DNA of 64,000 nt from an uncultured Alphaproteobacteria bacterium (GTDB lineage Bacteria; Pseudomonadota; Alphaproteobacteria; CAAHEQ01; UBA3637). The stretch lies in contig CALXXW010000004.1 of NCBI GenBank assembly GCA_944392785.1, forward strand, positions 247-64,246. The letters are read 5' to 3'. A program made the translations under genes and the position numbers. The notes beneath the pieces were generated by a model. That model was not told where the DNA came from and ran no database searches. It saw only the letters and a program-made list of their open reading frames with translations. Each line of letters begins with the position of its first letter. Within the stretch, counting starts at the first letter, position 1. Below are positions 1-8,169 of the stretch, in pieces.

Positions 1-859
1 GCAAATCTCCTTTGGCCGCAACGCCTTTCCCCTTTAAACGGAGCGTCTTCCCAGAGCTTGTGGACGGTGGTACTTTCAGCGCAACAGTCCCAGAGGGCGT
101 TGGTAATGTGATCTTTGTTCCCAAAACAGCTTCTTTGAGTGTCAGAGGAACCGTCATTAACAGATTGTTGCCCTCGCGCGTATAAAGAGAGCTTTTTTGA
201 ATGCGAATTTTGATGAGGGCATCGCCGTTTCCCCCTCGACCCGACATTCCTTGGCCTTTCAGTCGTAATACGGCATCGTCATTGACTCCGGCGGGGATTT
301 TGACTTTGAGCCGTTTGCCATTTGCCAGACCAACGGTCGTCTCTCCCCCCGTGACGGATAAATTAAAAGGTATTTCTAATTCATACGATATATCTTGTCC
401 CTTAGAGGTGTGAGTATGAAATCCGCGCGTGTTGTCGCCCATACCATTCATGCCGCTCCCCATGCCGAATAAATCGCTGAAATTAAATCCGCCCCCAAAA
501 CCGCCACCACCAAACATAGCGGCTAAATCTTCCGGGTTGATGTTATGGGTGCGATAGTGCGTGCCGCCCTGACCAAAACCGCTAAATCCGCTAAAACCGG
601 AACCACCACGATCATAAGCGCCATGACCAAAAGGAGTGGGATTGCCGTTTTCATCAATCTCTCCGGCATCAAAGCGTTGACGTTTTTCCTTGTCAGACAG
701 CAACTCATATGCGGCACTGATAGCCTTAAATTTTTCGGCGGCTTGCTTGTCCGGATTAACGTCCGGATGCAACGTGCGCGCCAGCTTGTGATAGGCTTTT
801 TTTATCTCGGTTTCCGTCGCGTTTTTTGAAACGCCTAATAATTCATACGGGTTTGCCAT
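1..859 (-). CDS. DnaJ-family co-chaperone, CbpA-like (J domain, Gly/Phe-rich linker, C-terminal substrate-binding domains, no Zn finger); 3' end runs off window
   Basis: Minus-strand ATG at 859-857 behind a GGAGAA RBS. Translation gives [38 protein letters not shown]... (HPD motif) ...[21 protein letters not shown], then [20 protein letters not shown]... The frame stays open to position 1. The ORF track misses it because it has no stop in the window; track ORFs 523..717 and 545..829 are off-frame. Confidence 0.7.
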   Translation of the reverse strand, partial: MANPYELLGVSKNATETEIKKAYHKLARTLHPDVNPDKQAAEKFKAISAAYELLSDKEKRQRFDAGEIDENGNPTPFGHGAYDRGGSGFSGFSGFGQGGTHYRTHNINPEDLAAMFGGGGFGGGFNFSDLFGMGSGMNGMGDNTRGFHTHTSKGQDISYELEIPFNLSVTGGETTVGLANGKRLKVKIPAGVNDDAVLRLKGQGMSGRGGNGDALIKIRIQKSSLYTREGNNLLMTVPLTLKEAVLGTKITLPTPSGTVALKVPPSTSSGKTLRLKGKGVAAKGDL

Positions 860-954
860 GGTTTCTCCTTTTTAACTCATACTATGATATAATATAGGGC
901 AAAAATAAAAAAAATCTATGGAAAAATAAAAAAAAATAAGTTATATTTGATGCC

Positions 955-1851
955 GTGAGAAAAAGAACAGAACATAATAATGCTTTGATGAAGCGTGCCA
1001 GTTGGGCGTCAATTACAACGGCCGGTGTTCTGGTTATCTTGAAATTTATTGCTTTTTGTGTGACGGGATCTATGGCTATTTTGTCCGGTTTGTTTGATTC
1101 TGTCCAGGATTTTATGACCTCCGGCGTGAATGCCGTCGCGGTCCATCATGCCACTTGTCCGGCAGATCATAAACATCGTTTCGGACATGGGAAAGCTCAG
1201 GCATTGGGCGGCGTCGTGCAGGGCTTTATCATTGCCGTTGCGGCCGCTTTTTTAATGTATGAAGCCGTCGATCGCTTTTTGCATCCGCAAACACTGCAGC
1301 GGTTGTCCCTTGGTATTATCATGACTGTGGTGGCGCTGGGAATGACGATTCTTCTGATCTCCTTTCAAAGCTATGTCATTCGTCAGACAAATTCGCTGTC
1401 TATCAAAGCAGATCGGGCACACTATACCGGGGATATTTTGATGAATGTGGGAATTTTATGCTCTATGTTGGTCACATATTTCCTAGATTGGCCTTATATG
1501 GATGCACTGTTCGGTATCGCTGTCAGCTTGTATCTGTTCTTTGTTGTATATCGGATTGTGATAGAAGCTTTTGCTATGTTAATGGATACAGAAATGCCCG
1601 AGGCTTTTCGGCACCAAATTAAACAAATCGCTCTGGCATGTCCCGATGTGCGTGCTATCCGTGATTTGAAAACTCGTCAATCAGGTAATAATACTTTTGT
1701 GCAATTTTGTGTGCGTTTGGACCAGCACTTGACGTTGGCAAAAGCGCATCAGATTATTGATGCCATCGAGGAGCATATTCGTCACCGTTTCCCGGATGTT
1801 GAGCTGATTATTCACCCCGAACCAGATGGAGAGGTCTTCCATGATCATTGA
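955..1851 (+). CDS. Cation diffusion facilitator (CDF) family metal efflux transporter
   Basis: 298 aa with multiple TM segments and the His/Asp-rich motif HHATCPADHKHRFGHGKAQALGG typical of CzcD/FieF-type CDF proteins. The start may instead be the internal Met (MKRASW...). Confidence 0.65.
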   Translation: MRKRTEHNNALMKRASWASITTAGVLVILKFIAFCVTGSMAILSGLFDSVQDFMTSGVNAVAVHHATCPADHKHRFGHGKAQALGGVVQGFIIAVAAAFLMYEAVDRFLHPQTLQRLSLGIIMTVVALGMTILLISFQSYVIRQTNSLSIKADRAHYTGDILMNVGILCSMLVTYFLDWPYMDALFGIAVSLYLFFVVYRIVIEAFAMLMDTEMPEAFRHQIKQIALACPDVRAIRDLKTRQSGNNTFVQFCVRLDQHLTLAKAHQIIDAIEEHIRHRFPDVELIIHPEPDGEVFHDH

Positions 1852-3421
1852 TAACCAAGAAGATGTGATCCGTGCTTTAAGCTCTCCCCGTCTGTATCCT
1901 CATGCACCACGCGTTGAAGTTCGCCAATCTCATATTGCGTTGTTATTCTTGGCTGGCGATAAGGCGTATAAACTGAAGCGGGCTGTCTTAACGCCGGAAG
2001 CTGATTTTTCCACACCGGCAAAAAGACGAGTGGCCTGTGCTCATGAAATGAAGCGTAGTGTTGTGTATGCGCCTCATTTGATCTTGGGCTTAAAATCCGT
2101 TCGCCGGCTGCCAGACGGAACGATTGTCTTGGGGGGAACGGCAGGTGAGGAAATTGATACGGTTATCGAAATGTATCGTATACCGGACAATCGTTTGTTG
2201 GATCGGCTGCTGCCCAGTCCTGATTTTGATCGCTTCCAAGTGATGGATTTAGCTGAAAAGTTGGCCGATTTGCACACAAAAGCTAAAATTTTTAAAAGTA
2301 AGTGGACACCGGATACCGTCAAAAAAATTATTTTGGAAAATGAGGCTGTTTTGGCCTGTTTTTGTCCTTCCATTTTTGACAAAAAGGCCGTGAATCATTT
2401 GACGCGAATTTGCTTGGAGGCTTTGGGGCATTATGCGCGTTTAATCACTTATCGTCAAAAAACGGGACATGTGCGTAAATGTCACGGTGATTTGCTTTTA
2501 TCTAATATCGCTTATGTCAATGACCATTTTTTGTTTTTTAGCCCTATTGAATATAATGATGGATTAAGCTGTATCGACACCTTGTATGATCTGGCGGATA
2601 TTTTGATGGATCTGGAAGTGCGCGGATTGCGACGCCTGACAAATATCTTATTCAATCATTATATGGCCTATATGAATGATATAGATGGATTTCCGTTGTT
2701 GCCTTTATATCAATCTTTGCGCGCCGCAGCACGAGCTGCAGTGTGTGCTAAAAAATCAACCTTGACACATGGTGTGGAAAAGCGTCATCTTATTCGCCTG
2801 GCTCGACGGTATTTTGATTTAGCCGATCATGTTATTTCGGGAGGTGCTTCGATTTTAATCGCTTGCGGCGGATTATCGGGGAGCGGAAAATCTCGTGTCG
2901 CACGTGAGTTGGGAGGATTGTTGGATCCGGCTCCCGGAGCCGTGATCTTGCGAGATGATGTTGTTAAAAAGCAAATCATTGGTTTGGCCCCACACGAAAC
3001 GTTCTGTAAGGCATATGACACACAAGCTTTTGAAAGTGTTGTTTATGATGTCTTGCGGCAACAGGCAAAAACGGCTTTGTCCGTTGGCTCCTGTGTTATT
3101 GTTGATGCGCTGTTTTATAATGAAGCCGAGCGTCGCGCCGTTGAGACATTGGCTGAAGAGTTAAGGGTTCCTTTCGTGGGATTTTGGATGGATGCACCTT
3201 TCGCCGTTCGAGCCGAGCGCGTGGAAAAGAGATTGCGTAATCCTTCGGACGTCAAAAATTCATCCGAATTGCGGCAGCAATTACAACTGGAGACGGGTGA
3301 AATTACCTGGTATAAAATCATGACAGATGCGCCGCGAGAAAAAACCCTTCAAAACGCATTTCGTATTTTAAAAAAAGAAATCAAACAACAAAAGGAGAAC
3401 AATCATGGAAATCAGTCATGA
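1841..3421 (+). CDS. Bifunctional aminoglycoside-phosphotransferase-like kinase domain fused to a P-loop (AAA/NTP-kinase-like) ATP-binding domain
   Basis: The N-terminal half looks like an APH/protein-kinase fold (HGDLLLSNI catalytic-loop-like motif). The C-terminal half has the Walker A motif GGLSGSGKS. The start is set at the internal Met MIIDNQ (1841), which overlaps the CDF stop by 11 nt. Confidence 0.5.
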   Translation: MIIDNQEDVIRALSSPRLYPHAPRVEVRQSHIALLFLAGDKAYKLKRAVLTPEADFSTPAKRRVACAHEMKRSVVYAPHLILGLKSVRRLPDGTIVLGGTAGEEIDTVIEMYRIPDNRLLDRLLPSPDFDRFQVMDLAEKLADLHTKAKIFKSKWTPDTVKKIILENEAVLACFCPSIFDKKAVNHLTRICLEALGHYARLITYRQKTGHVRKCHGDLLLSNIAYVNDHFLFFSPIEYNDGLSCIDTLYDLADILMDLEVRGLRRLTNILFNHYMAYMNDIDGFPLLPLYQSLRAAARAAVCAKKSTLTHGVEKRHLIRLARRYFDLADHVISGGASILIACGGLSGSGKSRVARELGGLLDPAPGAVILRDDVVKKQIIGLAPHETFCKAYDTQAFESVVYDVLRQQAKTALSVGSCVIVDALFYNEAERRAVETLAEELRVPFVGFWMDAPFAVRAERVEKRLRNPSDVKNSSELRQQLQLETGEITWYKIMTDAPREKTLQNAFRILKKEIKQQKENNHGNQS

Positions 3422-4130
3422 ATTGGAAAAATTGGATGCATTGCGTCAAAAAGGTGTGTTGACGCGGGAAGAGTTTGACGTCCAAAAGAAAGCTCTTTTG
3501 GCGGCACAAATAGGAACGGTCGGCTCATCCGGACAAAAGCAACAGTTGATTTATGTGTTATTGGCGTTTTTCCTGGGAGCTTTGGGAATACATAACTTTT
3601 ATGCCGGATACAAGGGGCGGGGTGTGACCCAGTTGCTTTTGACGGTTTTCTCTCCCTTGACACTGTTTTTGTCTCTCATCTGTGTTGAAATCTGGGTCAT
3701 TATTAACATCTTTCGGATTAAAAAAGATGCTGCCGGTGAGGATTTTTTACCCAGCAGAGGCGTTCAATTAGCGTTGGGCTGGATTAAAATTGTTTTTGAT
3801 ATCCTAGCATTCGGCGGGATCTTGTTAATTGCCGGAATAGCGGGATATGCGGCTGCCATGCAGAGATTTCAGGCAAATGCTGTATTGGATTATGCGACTC
3901 ATGTAGCTGTGATGAATCAGAAACGGTCAGCCGATTTTCCGATACCGTGTCGTTCTTTAGTGCCTGAAACGCCATCGGCTTTGGATGATGTGGTGTGCAT
4001 GATTTTACATGATGAAGACGGAGTTGTTGTCTTGATGCAGGGTGTGGCAAGTCATATAATGGAGCAGATTTCCGTTTTGGCGCCGGGTCAGACCGTTATT
4101 GATGATGATGTGATTGGTATTCAATTTTAG
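3405..4130 (+). CDS. SHOCT-like N-terminal motif plus TM2-domain membrane protein with a C-terminal extension
   Basis: The N-terminus ELEKLDALRQKGVLTREEFDVQKKALL is SHOCT-like. It is followed by two hydrophobic helices of TM2 type (LAFFLGALGIHNFYAGY...). This is a paralog of the next gene. Confidence 0.45.
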   Translation: MEISHELEKLDALRQKGVLTREEFDVQKKALLAAQIGTVGSSGQKQQLIYVLLAFFLGALGIHNFYAGYKGRGVTQLLLTVFSPLTLFLSLICVEIWVIINIFRIKKDAAGEDFLPSRGVQLALGWIKIVFDILAFGGILLIAGIAGYAAAMQRFQANAVLDYATHVAVMNQKRSADFPIPCRSLVPETPSALDDVVCMILHDEDGVVVLMQGVASHIMEQISVLAPGQTVIDDDVIGIQF

Positions 4131-4138
4131 GAGAAAGT

Positions 4139-4489
4139 ATGTCCAGATTAGTAGAATTAGAAAAATTAGCTGAATTAAAGAAAAAGAAAATCTTGTCCCA
4201 AGAGGAATTTGAACAACAAAAAAAAGCTCTGTTAGCCGAAAATCTGAGAGAAGTAGAGAAACCGGCGGCTAAAAGTCGATTGGCTTATTTGCTGTTGGCT
4301 TGGTTTTTGGGCGTTTTGGGTATCCATAATTTTTATATCGGACGGAATGGTGTCGGACTGGCTCAACTGCTGATTACCTTATTGACGGGGATATTTATTC
4401 TTCCCTTAATTGTGGTGGGTATATGGGTTTTGATTGAGATGGTCACGATTACTCGAGATGCCTCTGGACAGCCGATGAGTTGGCCATAA
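4139..4489 (+). CDS. SHOCT-like plus TM2-domain membrane protein (short paralog)
   Basis: 116 aa with the same architecture as the preceding gene (ELEKLAELKKKKILSQEEFEQQKKALL, then LAWFLGVLGIHNFYIG). RBS AGGAGAAAG upstream. Confidence 0.45.
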   Translation: MSRLVELEKLAELKKKKILSQEEFEQQKKALLAENLREVEKPAAKSRLAYLLLAWFLGVLGIHNFYIGRNGVGLAQLLITLLTGIFILPLIVVGIWVLIEMVTITRDASGQPMSWP

Positions 4490-4575
4490 GAGTCAAAAAG
4501 AGATATTTTTTTCGATATTTTAAAAAAAAGACTTGCATTTTTTTTAGAATAGGTGTAAAAGTATCCTCATGCGAT

Positions 4576-4652
4576 GCGCCCGTAGCTCAATTGGATAGAG
4601 CATCTGACTACGGATCAGAAGGTTGTAAGTTCGAATCCTGCCGGGCGCGCCA
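4576..4652 (+). tRNA. tRNA-Arg (anticodon ACG)
   Basis: Cloverleaf read by hand: acceptor GCGCCCG/CGGGCGC, D-arm GCTC-AATTGGATA-GAGC, anticodon stem TCTGA/TCAGA with loop CTACGGA (anticodon ACG), T-loop TTCGAAT, encoded CCA. Confidence 0.85.
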
Positions 4653-4657
4653 CTAAT

Positions 4658-4686
4658 AAATCCCCCGTTCAGGGGGATTTATTTTA
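4658..4686 (+). terminator. Rho-independent terminator after tRNA-Arg
   Basis: AAATCCCCC-GTTC-AGGGGGATTT hairpin followed by ATTTT. Confidence 0.7.
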
Positions 4687-5004
4687 TGGAGTCGAGCAAG
4701 GTATGAGGACGGATAATGTTCGGCAAGAGCGCGCTATCAGGTGCAAATGAAAGACGTTGTGTCGATAAGCGAACAAAGGCGCGGATTGGCTTTCAGCCAA
4801 CCAAGCCATCATGTGTGCGTTGGGCGCATGACAATTCTGCCGGGCACGCCTCTCTTTTGTGTTTTGTTTTTTTGTCTTAGAGTGCATCATGTCTTCGCCT
4901 GTCGCTGGTGGATTTGATGAACGAATGATGAAAATGTTGATTGAAAAAGATAAGGGCTTTTCATAACCATCAACTGGGAGCAAGAGAGCCGTTAAAAGAA
5001 TAAC

Positions 5005-5037
5005 AAAAAAGGCTCTTTCTTTTCAGAAAAAGCCTTT
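5005..5037 (-). terminator. Rho-independent terminator after tRNA-His (minus strand)
   Basis: On the minus strand AAAGGCT...AGCCTTT forms a hairpin followed by TTTTGTT. Confidence 0.5.
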
Positions 5038-5041
5038 AAAA

Positions 5042-5119
5042 TGGGGTGGAAGATGAGACTCGAACTCACGACATCTGGTACCACAAACCAGCGCTCTAAC
5101 CAACTGAGCTACATCCACC
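5042..5119 (-). tRNA. tRNA-His (anticodon GTG) with genomically encoded G-1
   Basis: Reverse complement is G-GTGGATG-TA-GCTC-AGTTGGTTA-GAGC...CTGGT-TTGTGGT-ACCAG (anticodon GTG)...GTGAG-TTCGAGT-CTCAT-CTTCCAC-C-CCA. The extra 5' G opposite discriminator C is the His identity element. Confidence 0.85.
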
Positions 5120-5236
5120 ATCAAATGTGTTTTCTCTTATACCCAAAAAAAAAGATGAAGTCAAGAAAAAAATACATCCGCCACAAAAAAACCGTCCTTT
5201 AAAAAAGAGGGACGGTCTTTCATAGAGCCTTTACGA

Positions 5237-5362
5237 TTAACCCTGGCGTGCCTTTAATTTAGGCTTTTTCTTGTTAATAACGTAAACACGACCTTTGCGG
5301 CGGACAATTTTACAATCCTTATCGCGTGCTTTAGCCGATTTTAATGAACAACGAACTTTCAT
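5237..5362 (-). CDS. rpmJ: 50S ribosomal protein L36
   Basis: 41-aa minus-strand [44 protein letters not shown]. This is the canonical L36 length and C/K-rich sequence. It is absent from the ORF track (<60 aa). Confidence 0.85.
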   Translation of the reverse strand: MKVRCSLKSAKARDKDCKIVRRKGRVYVINKKKPKLKARQG

Positions 5363-5421
5363 AATGCTACCCTTTCTGTTTGAAACTTAGGGCTCTACTA
5401 TATAGAAGAAAAAAGCATTTG

Positions 5422-6906
5422 TCAAGACCTATTTTGCTTTTTATAAGAAAAAACAAGCAACAAGATACATAAAACTAAAGGAATAATAACCCCAAAAAGA
5501 GCATAAAAGGTTGGGCCGAGAGCTTTTGGCAGAGAGCTGTCCAAAATACCCTGCGTCCCCAACGGCAGACTGTTTTCAATTTCGCCAAAAGCATTGATAA
5601 CGGCACTGATACCTGTATTGGCGATTCGAATAACCGGAAGTCCTTCTTCAACTGCACGCATCTGTGCCGCCGCTAAATGTTGATACGGACCGGCAGATAG
5701 TCCATACCAAGCATCATTGGTGACATTGATTAACCATTCAGGGCGATGTTTTTTCTGAACGACCTCTCCGGAGAAAAGGACTTCATAACAAATGAGAGGA
5801 CCCGCCGGAGGCGCCTTGGGAATCGTCAAGGTTCGAACACCGGATCCCTCCATAAATGAGCCTACTCCGGGAACGAGTTTGTCTAAAGGCAGCCAATTTT
5901 TTAACGGCATATATTCTCCGAAAGGCACTAAATGCGATTTGTCATAAAAGTCCACAACATCGGCTAAGTCATTTAAAATAAAGAAACTATTGGCTATTTG
6001 GATTTCTCCCTGATAATCCGGTAGACGTCGAATACCCCCTGTCAACAACGTGCCGCCTTGACGGACCGCCGACATGAGACGCAGACGGTTCGGGCTGGTA
6101 TTAATCGGGTAGGGAACAGCCGATTCGGGCCATAATACGTGCGTAATGTTTTGATTGTTTTCTCGAGAAAGACGTAAAAGCGTGTTTTCATTGTGAAAGG
6201 CTTTTTCGGGATCCCACTTAAATGACTGTTCGATGTTCGGTTGAACTAAGCGCAGTTGAACGCCCCATACCACACCGTCCGGCGCATTGAATATACGCCA
6301 AAAACCGATAACACCTAAAAGAGCCATGCCGCTCCAGACAGAAATGATGATTTTTTTCCTTGGCCAAAGGGCAAAGACACTGGCGGATAATAACGTAATC
6401 AGGGATAAAGTATAGATGCCTCCTACAGCGGCAATTTGTATCATCACCGGATATCCCGTCCAAATAGAACCAACTAAATTCCAAGGAAACCCTGTCAACA
6501 ACCAACTACGCACCCATTCGAATAGTGTGAATATAGCCGCAAAAGCAAGCCACCGGCGAACACCCTTCGGCCATCGGATAGCCAATCCGGCCGGTATCGC
6601 CCAAAATAAACCGAACAACACCCCCATCCCAATCCAGACAAGGGGGATTAAGAAACTAAGTTGTAATCCTTCCGTCAATAAAGCATTTCCCAACCATGCC
6701 ATAGAAAAAGCTCCTTGCCCCATGCCAAAGCAAAATCCTCGGGCAAAAGCTGTTTTACAAGGAATAGACTGATTGATACTTCCAAACAAAAAGGCCGTTG
6801 CTAAAATGAAAAGAGGGATACCATATGTGGGGGCAAATCCCAATGAACTGAGAGCGCCGCCGATAAACAATAGTGTTTTCAGATATTTTATTGAAAAATG
6901 GGGCAT
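5422..6906 (-). CDS. lnt: Apolipoprotein N-acyltransferase
   Basis: 494 aa with an N-terminal polytopic membrane domain and a C-terminal nitrilase-like domain carrying the catalytic-Cys motif PLICYEVLF. Confidence 0.8.
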   Translation of the reverse strand: MPHFSIKYLKTLLFIGGALSSLGFAPTYGIPLFILATAFLFGSINQSIPCKTAFARGFCFGMGQGAFSMAWLGNALLTEGLQLSFLIPLVWIGMGVLFGLFWAIPAGLAIRWPKGVRRWLAFAAIFTLFEWVRSWLLTGFPWNLVGSIWTGYPVMIQIAAVGGIYTLSLITLLSASVFALWPRKKIIISVWSGMALLGVIGFWRIFNAPDGVVWGVQLRLVQPNIEQSFKWDPEKAFHNENTLLRLSRENNQNITHVLWPESAVPYPINTSPNRLRLMSAVRQGGTLLTGGIRRLPDYQGEIQIANSFFILNDLADVVDFYDKSHLVPFGEYMPLKNWLPLDKLVPGVGSFMEGSGVRTLTIPKAPPAGPLICYEVLFSGEVVQKKHRPEWLINVTNDAWYGLSAGPYQHLAAAQMRAVEEGLPVIRIANTGISAVINAFGEIENSLPLGTQGILDSSLPKALGPTFYALFGVIIPLVLCILLLVFSYKKQNRS

Positions 6907-6917
6907 CTTGCTTGGAG

Positions 6918-8045
6918 CTATTTTGTTTCTTGTTTCAAATAGTATTTTCCATCTGCCGCCTTTTCAAAAGTTTCGATGCCATAACCATCCCATTTAATCG
7001 TATAGGAGGTTGGGGTTTTTTTTAGAACTTGACAAGAGCCGGCTTCTTGCCTTTTGCACAGATGGTCACTTAGCCCAACATATCCTTCCCAACTGGGGTG
7101 GTGAAAGTATTCGACAACAGGAAAATCAAGACGACAATCCTTTTCCCATATCTGTTCTAATTTTTGTTGATTTAACAATTTTTTTGTGCGATTTGCTTCA
7201 ATCAGCTTTGGTAGTAAAAGACAGCGGCTAAAAGGATCTCGTCCGTCTTTATATTCAAAAAAACGATTAATCATTTCATAGTGAAACCGGCGTTTGCTGA
7301 CATTTTGTTCATACTCGTATGAGGCATATTTATCAGGATGAATGTAATATTTTAACAACACCTCGGGATAAACGGACATTTTCCCGCCATTGGTAATAAT
7401 TTCTCCGTAAAACGGTCGATCTTCTGCGGCTTTATAGGCCTCTCGATAACGAATGTGATGCTTGTTTAAAAAATCCCGCCGGACCATGATGGAAGGATGA
7501 GACAAGGGAACACTTCCCAAGTATAATTGAATGGCGTTGATATCCGGATCCGGCTCTCTTTGAAAGTTATAAGGTGTCATGCTTCCCGGAGGGCTGATTT
7601 GTGTTCCCAAAACGGTAATTTCCGGATGTTCGTCTAAGTATTTTACCTGTTTTTCAAAGCGTTTCGGCAGTGAAATATCATCATCGTCCATACGGGCAAT
7701 ATACTTGCCTCGAGCCATATCCAACCCTTTGTTTAATGAGGCGATTAACCCTTGATTAGGCCGATTGGTGATAATTTTAATGCGCTTGTCTTGTCGGGCA
7801 TAGTTTTCTAAAATTTCGGCCGTAGAGTCGGCAGAACCATCGTTAATGATAATGAATTCAAAATCCGTAAAAGTTTGAGATAAAATTGACTCAATGGCAC
7901 GAGGAAGCAGACTCTCACGGTTATAGGTGCTCATGACGACAGATACTGTCGGACGCGTCACATAACGCCAGAGCGGTATCACGCCCAGCAATAACATACA
8001 AGTAAGACAAACCAATACGACATATTTTTTTGATAAGTGTTTCAT
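6918..8045 (-). CDS. Family 2 glycosyltransferase
   Basis: N-terminal TM anchor followed by VVMSTYNRESLLPRAIESILSQTFTDFEFIIINDGSADST and a DDD motif (RMDDDDIS), typical of GT-A/GT2 enzymes. Confidence 0.7.
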   Translation of the reverse strand: MKHLSKKYVVLVCLTCMLLLGVIPLWRYVTRPTVSVVMSTYNRESLLPRAIESILSQTFTDFEFIIINDGSADSTAEILENYARQDKRIKIITNRPNQGLIASLNKGLDMARGKYIARMDDDDISLPKRFEKQVKYLDEHPEITVLGTQISPPGSMTPYNFQREPDPDINAIQLYLGSVPLSHPSIMVRRDFLNKHHIRYREAYKAAEDRPFYGEIITNGGKMSVYPEVLLKYYIHPDKYASYEYEQNVSKRRFHYEMINRFFEYKDGRDPFSRCLLLPKLIEANRTKKLLNQQKLEQIWEKDCRLDFPVVEYFHHPSWEGYVGLSDHLCKRQEAGSCQVLKKTPTSYTIKWDGYGIETFEKAADGKYYLKQETK

Positions 8046-8109
8046 GATAAGATCCTCAATTTATCCATTCGGTTATAACTCAAGCCGTTGAAAAAAGCAA
8101 GATGTTGCA

Positions 8110-8138
8110 TTGACAAAAAAGGTTTTTTTATGTATAAT
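8110..8138 (+). promoter_or_regulatory. Near-consensus sigma70 promoter (TTGACA, 17-nt spacer, TGn-TATAAT)
   Basis: TTGACA at 8110-8115 and TATAAT at 8133-8138 with an upstream TG (extended -10). The ORF-track start at 8110 is simply the TTG of the -35 box. Confidence 0.6.
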
Positions 8139-8169
8139 AGACTGGAATAAGTCAGAAGCGGAGGTCAAA

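Noticed and set aside
523-829. Track ORFs 523..717 (-) and 545..829 (+)
   Set aside because: Both lie inside the DnaJ/CbpA-like gene, which reads in a different minus-strand frame (clear J domain with HPD and Gly/Phe linker). These are off-frame shadow ORFs.
2074-4050. Multiple 60-100-aa antisense or off-frame ORFs inside the APH/P-loop and TM2 genes
   Set aside because: No RBS, and low-complexity translations. All are fully contained in longer ORFs with recognisable motifs.
4684-4983. 99-aa minus-strand ORF between tRNA-Arg and tRNA-His
   Set aside because: It lies in the spacer bounded by the two tRNA terminators. There is no RBS, and the composition (Cys/His/Arg-rich) is odd. It is more likely non-coding, though a small RNA or degraded gene remnant here cannot be excluded.
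4500-5400. tRNA-Arg / tRNA-His / rpmJ neighbourhood as a possible integration hotspot for a mobile element
   Set aside because: There is no integrase, transposase, direct repeat of a tRNA 3' end or phage-like gene anywhere nearby. The flanking genes are housekeeping.
8110-8169. ORF-track start at 8110 (and similarly 41511 on the minus strand, 17244, 53511)
   Set aside because: These starts are TTG/GTG codons. At 8110 and 41511 the TTG is the first triplet of a -35 hexamer (TTGACA / TTGGCA). The real ATG starts with Shine-Dalgarno sequences lie downstream.
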